DNA of 56,906 nucleotides, filler included, from Catajapyx aquilonaris (Eukaryota), in assembly GCA_000934665.2 (NCBI GenBank). It is 2 parts of 2 records of this genome, joined end to end, with 100 filler letters (N's around TTAATTAATTAA, not from the genome) between each part and the next. Parts side by side here need not be neighbours in the genome. Positions count along the whole stretch, not along the records: positions 1 to 28,561 come from JYFJ02004944.1; positions 28,662 to 56,906 come from KZ539254.1. One strand, 5' to 3'. The notes under the pieces were generated by a model, which saw nothing but the letters and a program-made list of their open reading frames with translations, was not told the origin of the DNA and did not search any database. This document shows positions 24,301 to 36,200 of the stretch, one piece after another. Both the position numbers and the translations under genes were made by a program. The first letter of the stretch is position 1. Every line of letters starts with the position of its first letter.

Positions 24301-26751
24301 ATTTAATACCAGTTTCATACCAACGCTGGCCCGTCTCATGTCGCTATAGTTATGAACATAAAAATGGGCCATAAATAGTGTCCCCAGTGAAGTTTCCTCT
24401 TGGGGAGACTTCAACATGCGGATAAGGCACGACGAAACCCTTGTCAAAATAACAACACTGCTGCATAGAGGACCTTACAACAACACTTTTGCTGCCTCAT
24501 CCGGGTTCTGGATGGCGTGAAAGTGTTAAAGGAAAATTGGCCATCATTTCCAGTGGCAGGTCCATGATCCGGCCTTATTGTTGGTACCTCAGACAACAAT
24601 CACTGTCAGTTTCCGCACCTATATAATGTACCGGTTATGGGCACGCTTTGACAGTATTTCTGCCCGGCCGTAATTAGCGTCGTATTAGTGATGGTGCCAG
24701 GCCCCAACAAGGCGCTAATGGGTGATGTCATCCTGTGGACTAGTTATTCCGGAATCTTCTCTCTGGAGGGTGATCACGACATACGTGTATAGGACACACA
24801 CACCACATATTTTATGAGGGAAGCCTTCAATGCTTTGGTACCCCCTCGAAGGCACGAAAAACCTGACGACTTCTATTACATACAAATTACCATGATTTAG
24901 ATGGGGAGGCCATGCTGTAATCTCATAGCCTCTTCTTTGCACGTAACTACTGCAGAAATTTTAGGCCGAATAATTATTACGATGGGAGGAGAGTAGATTG
25001 TTTGTGGATCAAGGTGCGTGTGTTTTCTATAACCTGTACAGACACGTACATGCAAAAATATTGGAATAAATGGAGCTTCGTCTTAAAATTCATTAAAGTA
25101 AAGAAAATATTTGAACTCAAAATTTGGTCTGAACTATTTCATATTTCACAAGGTTATGATGGTGTTATGTTGGGCGAAAGTATTTCGACTCAACATAGTT
25201 GCATGATGTTAGTTTTTTTATGTGGTGTGAGAGATCAAAAGGTTATGTGATGTCATCTCTTTGTTATTACTACTGGGTCCTAATTGCTGTTTATTTTTAT
25301 GAAGCACACAATGGACACCATGTCACGTCTAGGTGGGTCATGAGAAAATATAGTTTCCGACCTAATTATTTAATAGTTTTAAAAAATTTCTTACATACAT
25401 TTTTCCGCCATCTTCTTTGGGTAATTCTTCCATAACCGGTAACGAAACGACCTTGCGCACAACATAAGCTCTGCCATTTAAATCCAAGCTAGCCAGGTAA
25501 TAACAATAATGAAGCATGCCCAGACGTAAAAATTAGTACCAGAAACTTTGAACCGTACCGTTGAACCATGAAATTAAAATCATTACTCTGAAAGTGAAAG
25601 CAACCTGCTGTAATGTTTTTTTTAAATACTTTGTGCACTTGCACTGGGCTTGGTAATAACACGGATGAAGTAACACCTGATAAGTCGACTAGCTTTAAAT
25701 CAAACTGTGGTCTTGACGTGTTATGCGTCCAGATGAATGCTTAACAATAATCAAGGGTGAAAATGGGGCCAGGGATAAGTCCTTGTTACACTGGCCTAGG
25801 TCAGAGTGGACACGAGTCACTGAAGAAGATTCTGTTGTTTCATATAGGGTACCTCCTTGTATTACGCACTGCTCGACTTGTTATATGACTTAATTGTTAT
25901 TATTGTGTCACGCCTCTGTACGTATGTCCGTATATCCAGTGAAGGGCATTGCAGCACATGTCGTGACACAGAGATACCGATTTCGTGGCTAAAACCCACA
26001 CGATGCACGGTACGATAACAGTAATGTACATTCATTAACAAGATGACCAGAAGCTTTAACCAAGATTGACAGAAGAATAAGTTTAAAAAAAACGACCGGA
26101 AACACACAAAGAAAAGGTGAGGAATATCGTGAGATTGTGCATGTCAATGTGGTGACCTCTTGCTGGGTCACGACTGGGGTCAGACTGATTACGCCCTACT
26201 ACTTGACATCATTACGTTAAAAAAAAGTGCAAAAAAATATCGGATAGATGTTCACTCCTTACAAGAAACAATCAAGTGAACAAACACTGCCACGTTCCCA
26301 TAATTGCATAAGGATTTCTCTTCAAAACCATAATTACCGTCCAGATTTAATTGCTTAATAAGTGCGATCCGGTCGGACAGTGACAAATTGCTAATATTTT
26401 TGTGGAGGAGAATTTTCTCCCTTCTGATCTCAAGATAACGGGCTTAATGCAGACAATGTGGGCAGTAAAAACCTTCCAAGAAAGACCATTGAACGCACGA
26501 ATGGAAAAAAAAAAATGAAGAAGAAGAAGCCGGATTTCCTTCATCTTCCTTCCTCTCGGGAAGTTCCAGCTTTTTCTTCTGTTTCTACGTGATTTTTCCA
26601 CACATTACTTTCGCATAATATTGGCATCGGAAAGCTGGCTTCATACCAAAATGTGCATACTGCGATTTTATCATTTTATTATTACCGGTACTATAAATAT
26701 TATTTCAATGAGTGCAGGATTCATTGCTACAGCATTTAATATTATTAATAC

Positions 26752-27034
26752 TGTAGTGCCCCACGAGTAAGACGTCAGCGACACCAGGCAATAATCCCAC
26801 TTCTGACACCAGTTGTAGTGCCCCACGAGTAAGACGCTAGAGACACCAGGCAATAATCCCACTTCTGACACCAGCAGTTGCAGTGCCCCACGAGTAAGAC
26901 GCTAGAGACACCAGGCACTAATCCCACTTCTGACACCAGTTGTAGTGCCATACGAGTAAGACGTCACAGACACCAGGCACTAATCCCACTTCTGACACCA
27001 GTTATAGTGCCCCACGATGAGGCGTAAGAGACAC
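26752..27034. repeat. 62-bp minisatellite, ~4.5 copies
   Basis: Unit tgtagtgccccacgagtaagacgtcagcgacaccaggcaataatcccacttctgacaccagt repeated head-to-tail with few substitutions. Confidence 0.92.
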
Positions 27035-28561
27035 TACGAAATAATAACTCAGGGGAATGTATAACGACCAGTATTGCACTCTATTCATACAATACTGTAT
27101 TGCAGACAAATAAGCTGCACCTTTTGAGATGTGTTTGACCTCTTCCAACGACCAAAAATCTGAAAAGGTCACAGTAGATCCGGACATTCAGGAGTATAAA
27201 AATCAACAAGTCGGCTCCATACAAAGTCAGCTGCATACATTTTTGCTTAAGAGGAATGTGCACGAAGAGGAGAGTCTTGGGCTCCTTGTCTCTTGGATGC
27301 GACAACGACATGCTAATGGTCCTATTAGATGCTGATCCGTGACCAGATTACCTGCACCTTTACCTTTTTAAGCCGAAGACCTTTTGCTGCAGAATGTGAA
27401 AGGATGACGAATCTTCTTCCTGTAAGAAAATCTGGAGTGGTCAACAGTTTTGTCATCAGTCTATTTCAAACACTGATGACTTGGTGAAAGTATGGTCTCA
27501 ATGACAATTGTATCATCCTTTATGATATCACATGCCAAAAGCGAAAGTGTCTGCTTTGCATCCAGGGTAATCATCGCATAACCCCCGTTAATTACCAGTC
27601 GCGTATAGGGCCAATTAGGATATGTTTCGTGTGTGTGTGGCCAGCAGGAATATATTTAATTCCGGACACTGATGAAGCGTGGTGATAAATCAGGATTGAA
27701 GCCATGTTTTACGTGGTATAATCTTCTACCTCCCACATGGAGCAAGTAAAAAAAAAGAAAAGTGGTTTTCACATCGACAACTTGCCAGATTAATTTCTTG
27801 AAGATTAGGAACGGGGTTGCTCAATAAGCAATACATATAAGAGAGGATTACATATAGCCCAACTCCTAATAGAGTCGCAGGAAATTAGTTGTGACATCCT
27901 ACAATCATATAAAACATGCTACGATTTGGTACAAATGATAAGTACATATTTCATAATTTTTCCTTGCATGAATTTCCGTGTTACTGCACCACAATTATGC
28001 AACAATTTGCAGTTGCATCTTTCCGTGCTTACAATTTGCAAAATACCGTATTGCCTCATGCCTTTTCCAACCTGTCATGTTTTAAATCGAGCATTATGCC
28101 AAGTAGCAGGTCATGAAATAGTTATTTGTCCTATGTGAAAGGAAACGTGTGCGCCTTGTCATCAACCAGAACAATGCAAGACAATCATATTGGTTCATGG
28201 TCGAAAAATCGCCATCTTCAAAGTGACAGGACTGGGAAAACTTTTGATGACGTGTCTATTTAGTACGCCTTTTAACAGTCATTAAAATTCATTCCCTAAG
28301 CTCTGCAGAATATTAAATGACATTCAAGGATAAGACGACCACCCTCAAAGTAACACGTGTTAACATGGGCGTGAAATTAAATTATACGGTTGGAGTAGAA
28401 ACATGATGAGGTCCTTATCTCATTTGCAGATTTTCGCTTGAGCTGTATGTAAAAAAAAATAATTCGCCAATCCGAAGTAGTGCGAAAAGTCAGGGCAAGT
28501 CAGGGCCAAAGCGGTTTAACTTTGATCAATCTGGTGAGTGAAGGCTGCCAATAAAAGTGAT

Positions 28562-28661
28562 NNNNNNNNNNNNNNNNNNNNNNNNNNNNNNNNNNNNNNN
28601 NNNNNTTAATTAATTAANNNNNNNNNNNNNNNNNNNNNNNNNNNNNNNNNNNNNNNNNNNN
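28562..28661. other. Assembly gap containing an artificial TTAATTAATTAA spacer (28606-28617)
   Basis: 12-mer flanked by N runs; it places stop codons in all six frames, as in contig-concatenation linkers. Confidence 0.9.
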
Positions 28662-28740
28662 CTCGTTATGGAAAAGCGCTCATCAAGTGTTTTCGGTGAC
28701 ATCTTACGGTGAACAACTTCTCAATATGAGCACACCTTTA

Positions 28741-28903
28741 AGGCCCATTCACACAGGCCGTTGACGGTTTTGGTTTTGGATCAATCAGAGCGGGCCCTCA
28801 CGGTAACCATGACGCGTTGTTTACGTGTGGGCCCGTTCTGATTGGTCCGCGGCGTCGACGAGACCAAAAACCAAAACCGTCGACGGCCTGTGTGAATGGG
28901 CCT
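28741..28903. mobile_element. PIF/Harbinger (Tourist-like) MITE
   Basis: TIRs AGGCCCATTCACACAGGCCGT(T/C)GACGGTTTTGGTTTT, a second internal inverted repeat, and a 3-bp TTA TSD (28738-28740, 28904-28906). Confidence 0.85.
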
Positions 28904-29412
28904 TTAGACGGGTAACAAAGGACCACAACGTCAACGATACAATGTAATGCTTCATAATTGAGTGACATGCCTGCGCAATACTATTCCAATCAGGGACGTC
29001 GCCGTCCTTGGCAGTCCGGTCTTAAATCCTGCCGATTGACGTCCATCCAACAGGGTCAATCATCCTGTCTCCCCAACCCTTCTCCCTGAATAATAATCCC
29101 TTTCCCATTCCCCTACCCACCCCCCTCAAAAAACCATGTGACCCAACCAGGCCTGGCTCACTCTTCCCCATCCCTCCCCTTCTCCCATGTTCCTTTTTCT
29201 TTCTTTCTTTTCCCCTCCATTCCCCTGCCTGCCTGCCCACTTTTCCCTTCCTTCTTTTTCCCCATACTAACCATCTGATGAGGATTCCTAGTGTCCGGAT
29301 GAGGCTCACGGCTCCAGTGTGCGGGGGGATGCAAAGCGGCAGACGGGGAAGAAGAGCAGGGGGGAGAAAAAAAGGAACGAAAAAAATGCACCACACCGGT
29401 CTCTGACTTTTG

Positions 29413-29489
29413 NNNNNNNNNNNNNNNNNNNNNNNNNNNNNNNNNNNNNNNNNNNNNNNNNNNNNNNNNNNNNNNNNNNNNNNNNNNNN
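29413..29489. other. Assembly gap (N run)
   Basis: N stretch next to a poly-G tract. Confidence 0.95.
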
Positions 29490-30276
29490 GGGGGGGGGGG
29501 AGGGGGAGGAAAAGAAAAATGGCGGAAGTGGGCGGAAATAGCGGTTATCAGAAATAGCAGCTACTGTTTCATGACAGTATGAAACGTATGATGCGCGCGA
29601 AATATGCCCACAATTTTATGCCCAATCATTATATTGAATCGCAATTACCAATTATGTAATTATGCCGTGTTTGTTATTGTAATTTATCGTGGAATAGACC
29701 ATGCAGTTATAGCTGTTTTTTAGAATAGCGTTTTTAAGGCGCACTTGCTAATTTTTGGTGTTGGCGACGCGATCTGGAGGTGGCGCTGCGGCGGTTGACA
29801 CCCCCGCCCCCCACATCAGCTTGCTTTTAATTAATTTGGGGCTCTTAATTAGGCAAGATCGCACGTAATTAAGAAAAGTACAGGTGCATCACCAATATTT
29901 GAGCATTAACAAATCGGCGAAATGCAACGTGGTCTTATTGCATTTAAAAAATTAGGCGGCCATCTTTGATTAAGTCAGACACGCAACGCTGATTGGGCGG
30001 TTGTGACCTACTTTTTTTTTTTGTTCTTGTCCGATGCTCCAATCAGCAATCAGTTACACTTTAAATTATTTATTTATTATTTTAATTTATAATAATATTA
30101 TTAGTGCTGTATATTACTTGCTGGTTAATTCCGCTCCCATGTGCTGCTCATGCTGAACTCATGGCATAAAATGTGCTGCATGCTACATGTTGAATAAACT
30201 GCAAGTAGGTACTGTATGTGTAATGATGACATGTTCACATGTAGGCAAATTATTAATTAGACAATATTTTTGCAGA

Positions 30277-31525
30277 ATGATGGGCCAGTGCGTATGGCAT
30301 GCGATTTCAAGGTCCTGCCGTGTGTTGCCGAGATGTGGCTTGAAGCAGACGAGAGCCGTACACAACCTGACGGTGGATCACTTGGAAGGTGTGATGCGAG
30401 AGTACGATGCAAGCAAGTCTGATCCATCCCGAGACCTTCATCGTGCGGCTGAGACGGCTCAAGCGATGCTGAAGATTTGTTCAGACATGGCTGAACTGGA
30501 GCGCATGAAGAAGGATCCTGAAATGTCTGACCTGGCCAAAGAAGAGGGGGTTGAGCTGCAGTCCAAATACAGCAAACTTCAACTGGCTCTAGCTGATGCG
30601 CTAGTCCCGCATGAAGCTTTGGACGCAAGCGATGCTATACTGGAAGTCATGGCTGGAGTTGGGGGACTGGAAGCGATGCACTTCACCCAAGAAATGTTTC
30701 AGATGTACCTCAACTACGCACAGTAATGTATGAAAATGTTTGTAAAAATAAGCAGTAAATCACCTATTAAATATTTCAGGCACAAGGGCTGGGAGACGGA
30801 GATGCATAGTTACGAGGAGGCTGAGGGAGGCGGTATCCGCCATGCTAGTGTGGGCCTAACAGGCAGCTTTGTGTGCCAGCATGTCAAGTTCGAGGGTGGA
30901 GTCCACCGGGTACAGCGTGTTCCTCGAACGGAGAAGTCAGGCCGTGTGCATACATCTACTATGAGCGTAGCTGTCTTACCGAAGCCAACGAAGGTCCAGC
31001 TGAGCGTCCATCCAAAGGATCTGAAGGTGGAAACCAAGAGATCTAGTGGAGCTGGTGGACAGCACGTCAACACAACAGACAGTGCAGTCAGGCTAACTCA
31101 TGTGCCAACTGGACTGGTAGTTGAGTGCCAAACAGCCAGGTCGCAAATCCGCAACAGGGAACTGGCCATGGAGAAGCTGCATGCAATCTTGTTCCAGCGT
31201 GAGACTGATCGAGAGGCTGACAAGATCAGGACCAAGAGGAAGTTGCAGGTGCTGGTTGCGACCCTCACCTTTAAAATACATGTCAAATCACAATCTACGA
31301 CTATTCCAGGTGGGATCCAGCAGTCGCTCCGAGAAAATCAGGACATACAACTTCAGCCAAGACCGTGTGACTGACCATCGCTTCGGGCTGAACTTCCATA
31401 ACCTCCCCTCCATTCTGGGCGGTGGCAGTGCCTTGGACAACCTGATCAGTCAGTTACAAGACGTGGATCGTGAGGACCGTCTGGAGGAAATACTTAGCAA
31501 CCTAGTCAGCAATAAAAAGACGTGA
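30277..31525 (+). CDS. MTRF1L: Mitochondrial peptide chain release factor 1-like, ~376 aa; exons 30277-30722, 30780-31248, 31310-31525
   Basis: Arg-rich transit-peptide-like N-terminus, [23 protein letters not shown] (PxT), [24 protein letters not shown] (GGQ), [19 protein letters not shown]. Start codon is less certain. Confidence 0.92.
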
Positions 31526-31561
31526 TTCAAAAGGAAGGTTTTTAATGCCTTATTCCGAGGT

Positions 31562-32391
31562 TTACCTGTGGACGAAAAATACAACATGAGGACAAGCTGC
31601 AATGTTAAACCAATGAAGTAATTTCCATGAACTTTTGCTCTCTCGTTGTCTTAGCATAAATGATTTGTTATCGGGGTTATCTCCCCGGTGGCCAAGTTAA
31701 CCGCACCCCTCTGGTGCCCTGGTTGGTGCTGAGGGGGTGGGTCGGATGGGATGCCAACCCCAACCGTGACCTCAACTTACTCTTCAGGCACCTCCACCTC
31801 CCCATCGTTCACGGCCTGAATCATATCGTGAGGGTGCTTCCCATCAATGGTGCATCCGACCGACTGACACGTCCCCAGGATCTCCTTGACGGTTCCGGCC
31901 AGATTCTTGGCCATAGACCTGTCCCTCATGGTTCGTGCAATTCCGATGATATCGTCCAGGGTGATGTTCCCGTTGTGCTTAATGTTCTTCTGCTTCTTAC
32001 GATCACGTGGCGGCTCCTTCAAGCACTTTATGATCAGCGAGGCTGCGGAAGGCACGACGGATATCTGCGCCTGCCTGTTCTGAATAGTGAGCTGCACCGT
32101 GATCTTCAGTCCCTTCCAGTCAGCCGTCGCCTTCGCAATATCATCCCCCACCTTCTTAGGCGACAGACCAAGCGGGCCAATCTTGGGGGCCAAGGACGAC
32201 GTCGCACCAACCTCACCTCCAACACACCTCAGGTACACTGCAAAGGTACACGAAAAATTATAATTTCGAACAATTTTAGAACCATTTTAGAACAATTTTC
32301 GAAACATCCAACATTCCATGCCAATGATCGGTGATTTGTGTGCCTCCAACTCACCGATTTTGATCTCGCTGGGATCGAACTTGGGCGGCAT
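31562..32391 (-). CDS. RPL12: 60S ribosomal protein L12 (uL11), 165 aa; exons 32391-32355, 32237-31781, 31565-31562 (unspliced stop at 31779-31777)
   Basis: [50 protein letters not shown]...[26 protein letters not shown]...[18 protein letters not shown] pyrimidine-rich TOP-like tract lies at ~32533-32546. Confidence 0.97.
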
Positions 32392-33236
32392 GTTGTCTGC
32401 TGGTTTTCACCGGACAAGTTAGGATGCTGGATGCGGCCGGATTGCGGCGATGGACCGGCCAAAAACTGATCTCGTCGCACACCCGAAGAGCGGAGACACG
32501 TTTTACAGGGTTGGGCGTTCTATTGCCAGTGTAGGAAACAGGAAGATGTGCCACGCAGGGTGGCGACACTGATTCCAAGAGCGTCCGAATTGAAGGTGAT
32601 CGGGGGCGTCCGAATAATGGCGCGAGTTCCAAATGATTACAAATTGCGCAAATTGGAATAATAACACGCGTAAGGGGATGGGGATACACTCTCGTGACCA
32701 GTGCGATCCGACATAATATTTGTTTAGTATAAAATCATAATTATTACACAGCATAGTTATAATTATGTATAATTAGGTTGATACTTGGCAACCATGACCG
32801 GGCGTCTCTGGCATTTTTCCATTGAAAACTTATGGATATCGCAGAGCCTATTTATTACAATATTATTTTGTGTGGAACCATCATAATATTTTATATTCAC
32901 AATTAATTTGATATTGATTGTTGTTTATGGCTACTGGCCAATTGGGAAATCCGAATGTCGGTTTTACTTACTAAATTTGAACTAGTTTGAACTCATTTGA
33001 ACTCAGTTTGAATAGGATCAGCCAATAGGAGGCCAGTATGACCGAAAGGGTTTAAAACTTCGTCGTTAAAGCCGGTCATGTCAATACGGTTACTTTTTAA
33101 ATACAGTTTTAAATTGCTTGTTAAATTAGAACTAATTTAAAATCACATTCTATACGCCTGCTTTGACATTTAGAAGCAATTTGAAGGGTAGAAAAAAGTT
33201 GATGGCCGTTGGTTTTGGGAGCTGCGAACCGACAAA

Positions 33237-36200
33237 ATGGCGGACGCGTTGGATTCGACTAATTCGAACGATATTTTGATCCTTCCGGATGATCAGGGAG
33301 GGATGATCGTCGTCGTGGAGGAAGTATTGGTCCAGGAGGATGAGGAGGGAAGCCGCGGGGTCCTGAAGGAGCATCAGGATAAAAAGGTTCGCATAACAAT
33401 ACGAATGCCATAAGCTGACCAAAATAAGTCGTCGTTGCTAGTGATTGAGAGATTATAGAATATTGTTTTGCTTCCAAGCTGTGTTCTTTTGAAGAGGGCT
33501 TATTGATGGAGGACTCGTGCAGGGTGGTGTCCACTAGTAATTTTTCTTACACCCAGAATTTGGAGAGGAATGGCCGAGACAGTGAGGACACGGAGATCTG
33601 CTTCACCATTGGGGAGGAAGACCAAACGATGCTTTATGAAGAAGGGGTAAGGGGCTCATTGCCTCCATAATAATATTATATATGCATTGATTTGCTGCAA
33701 TCTTGGATGCGTACATACAGTGTGAACCGGTGTGAACTAATGCCAGAAGTGAATGAAATCATATATACTTATTGATAAGGCTATATGGACCAGAAAGTAT
33801 ATTCAGCTGGTCTCTTTTATGATCAATAAGATCAGGATTGATTTTGCAATAACCCACTGTAATTATAACATTATAGTCTCAGTTGTGCATTATAATATGG
33901 TATTACGTGAAATAGTGGAATCAAATTGTTGCCTATTTACATCTCCAACTTACAAGATTTGAAAATTAACTGTTTCATATACTTCAAATGGCTGCAGAAG
34001 GTGTAATGAGCATTAAAAGATATGTGTTTCATTTTTACAGAGGTGATAAAAGATAATAAAATTTTGTGGTTGCAAGTTGTCTCACTAAAATTGATGTCAA
34101 TGGAGCTAATTTTTGTGATTTATTGGTTTCCAATTTAATTCCAGGGTTGTCACATATATTGGACCACAAGGTTGCAAGATCATTTATTTTGTTAAATATT
34201 AAAATTACACACAATAAGCAACTAAAAAAATTGAGCATTTTAAACCATTGCTTTGCCAGAAAAATAAATAAATTATAGGCTACTAACCCTTTCTGTGGCC
34301 ATAAGAAGTTGGGAAATATTGCAAAACTGTGATTTTCAAATCCAAATGAGTTGGTTGGGGATCTAATTAGGCAAAATCTGAGCATCACTTTTTCATATAT
34401 AAGTTAGTATTCATATTATTGTGGGCCACACCCAAATCAGTAGTGAAAGGGAACCTTTCATTAGAGCTGCAGAATCTTCCATATAATGTTGGAAAGTACA
34501 GAGTAATGAACTAAAATTAATCCCACCTTTTTTGCATGCAAAAAAAACAACCCCCAATGAAGGTTGACTTTTACTATCTGAATGAAGGATGTTTATTCTA
34601 ATGTGAGATGTAGGCCTCAACTCCCCCTTTGTTTTACAGGAAGACGACGTCATGCACGTGGAAATCCTAACAGGTCAGTCAATAGCATAGAAATTAGTTA
34701 AACATCATGGTATGGGGTAAATAAATCTCAATTGACAAAGAGTAATGTTTCAGCTATTTTCCCAACCTTCACCTTACACATTAGTGTATAATTATACCAT
34801 TGAGGTAAGGTGAAGGAGTCACTCACATTCTTAAAATATAAAATAAAATTCAAAGCTACATCATTTGTAGGAAATTCTCATCACAAGGTAGATGAGTGTT
34901 ATCATGTTATTTTCTCATACTTGTGCAATGAAGAAATTATTTTTTTGATTCATGTATTTTGTTCATGTACTTGTATGACATGTTATTTTATATATTTTAA
35001 GTTTTACGTACAGGCTTATTTTGCTGCATATTTTCCCTTCACTTTCCACAGAATGTTTGACTCAAAATGCAGCAGTGCACTACAGAGTGTGATAAACTTG
35101 AATTTATTTACAATGCAATTACATTTCACAAAAAATTAATTTTTCTTCCCCCGCCCCATCCCTCCCACCTTTCATGTTTGGCTTTATAATCACTGAATCC
35201 CTCTATCTGGATAACTATAATTGCTTGGAACACATGTCACCTGTATAGGTGTGAACATTTGTGACCTGTCAGTTATTATCACCATGTCAGTTTGAGCTGC
35301 ACATACTAAATGTCAAACGAGAAGTATTGTTGCAGGTTTTAATTCTGGGAAATCAGTGGGTAGGTGTTGTCGACAAGATATTCACTAAGGGTGAGCATCT
35401 CCTTTCTTAAATAAATCTAAGGCAGATATCATACTTGTCACGTCAGAGTCTAGGAAAATGAGAGTACTATGAACAATGGAGAAGAACATTGAATAGTCCA
35501 TCATCCCCTGATTGAAGCTGCAGTGTATAGCCATAAGTGTTCATGGTTCACCCTGGCGTGGAATAAGATGCCATCATCCTGCCGTGTTCGTGCTCCAAGA
35601 CATGGGTGCACACAATGCGACCCCACTACCCCTGTACATTTCAGCAACTGGCCCTGGAAGCAACTCGGACGACATCACCATAATAGCGACATCAGGATTT
35701 ATGGATTCTACTCATCTGGAGAGAAAGGAGGGCCCTTCACTGGAAGAGATGCCCGAGGATATCACGAAGACTGAAGTGGTCACACCTCATAAGGGCGAGA
35801 TGAAGGCTGAAGAGTTGGGCTCTGATGTGGAAGAGTCTGGCCAGCAAGTCAAGAAGCCAACTCCTAAGCAGAAAGTGTCCACACCAAAGGTTGCTGGGGG
35901 CAGCATGAAGAAAAAAGATGAGGACAAGAAAAATGTGGAGGGCAATGCTGCTGAGAGCAAGAACAGCATAAGTGATGAGAAGAAAGCACAAGAGAAGAGG
36001 TAGGTTTTTCAGGCTCCTTGCACTCTATTCATGCCAAGAGTAACGGAGTGTACAGGGGTCGTGCGCCAGTACACCACAGCACAGGTATGGTACTTCGTAC
36101 TTGGCGGTGCAAATGCCCAAATATGGAGAAGTCATCACCAGGCGGATGGTGCTCATGGAAGATCGGCTACAATAAACTGTGGCACTGGTTGTGGAACTGC

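Noticed and set aside
26752..27034. Possible CRISPR array
   Set aside because: The whole 62-bp unit repeats with no unique spacers, there are no cas genes and the context is eukaryotic; it is a minisatellite.
27470..27500. Hammerhead ribozyme core (CTGATGA...GAAA)
   Set aside because: No pairing stem II or flanking stems I/III; the other CTGATGA hits I checked also lack the core geometry.
20600..28500. Numerous 60-100 aa ORFs
   Set aside because: No recognisable domains, coding bias or consistent exon chain; treated as intergenic or intronic, though small exons could have been missed.
31660..32334. 224-aa + strand ORF, and similar long ORFs opposite RCC1 and HMG20
   Set aside because: Antisense shadows of conserved genes with biased codon usage.
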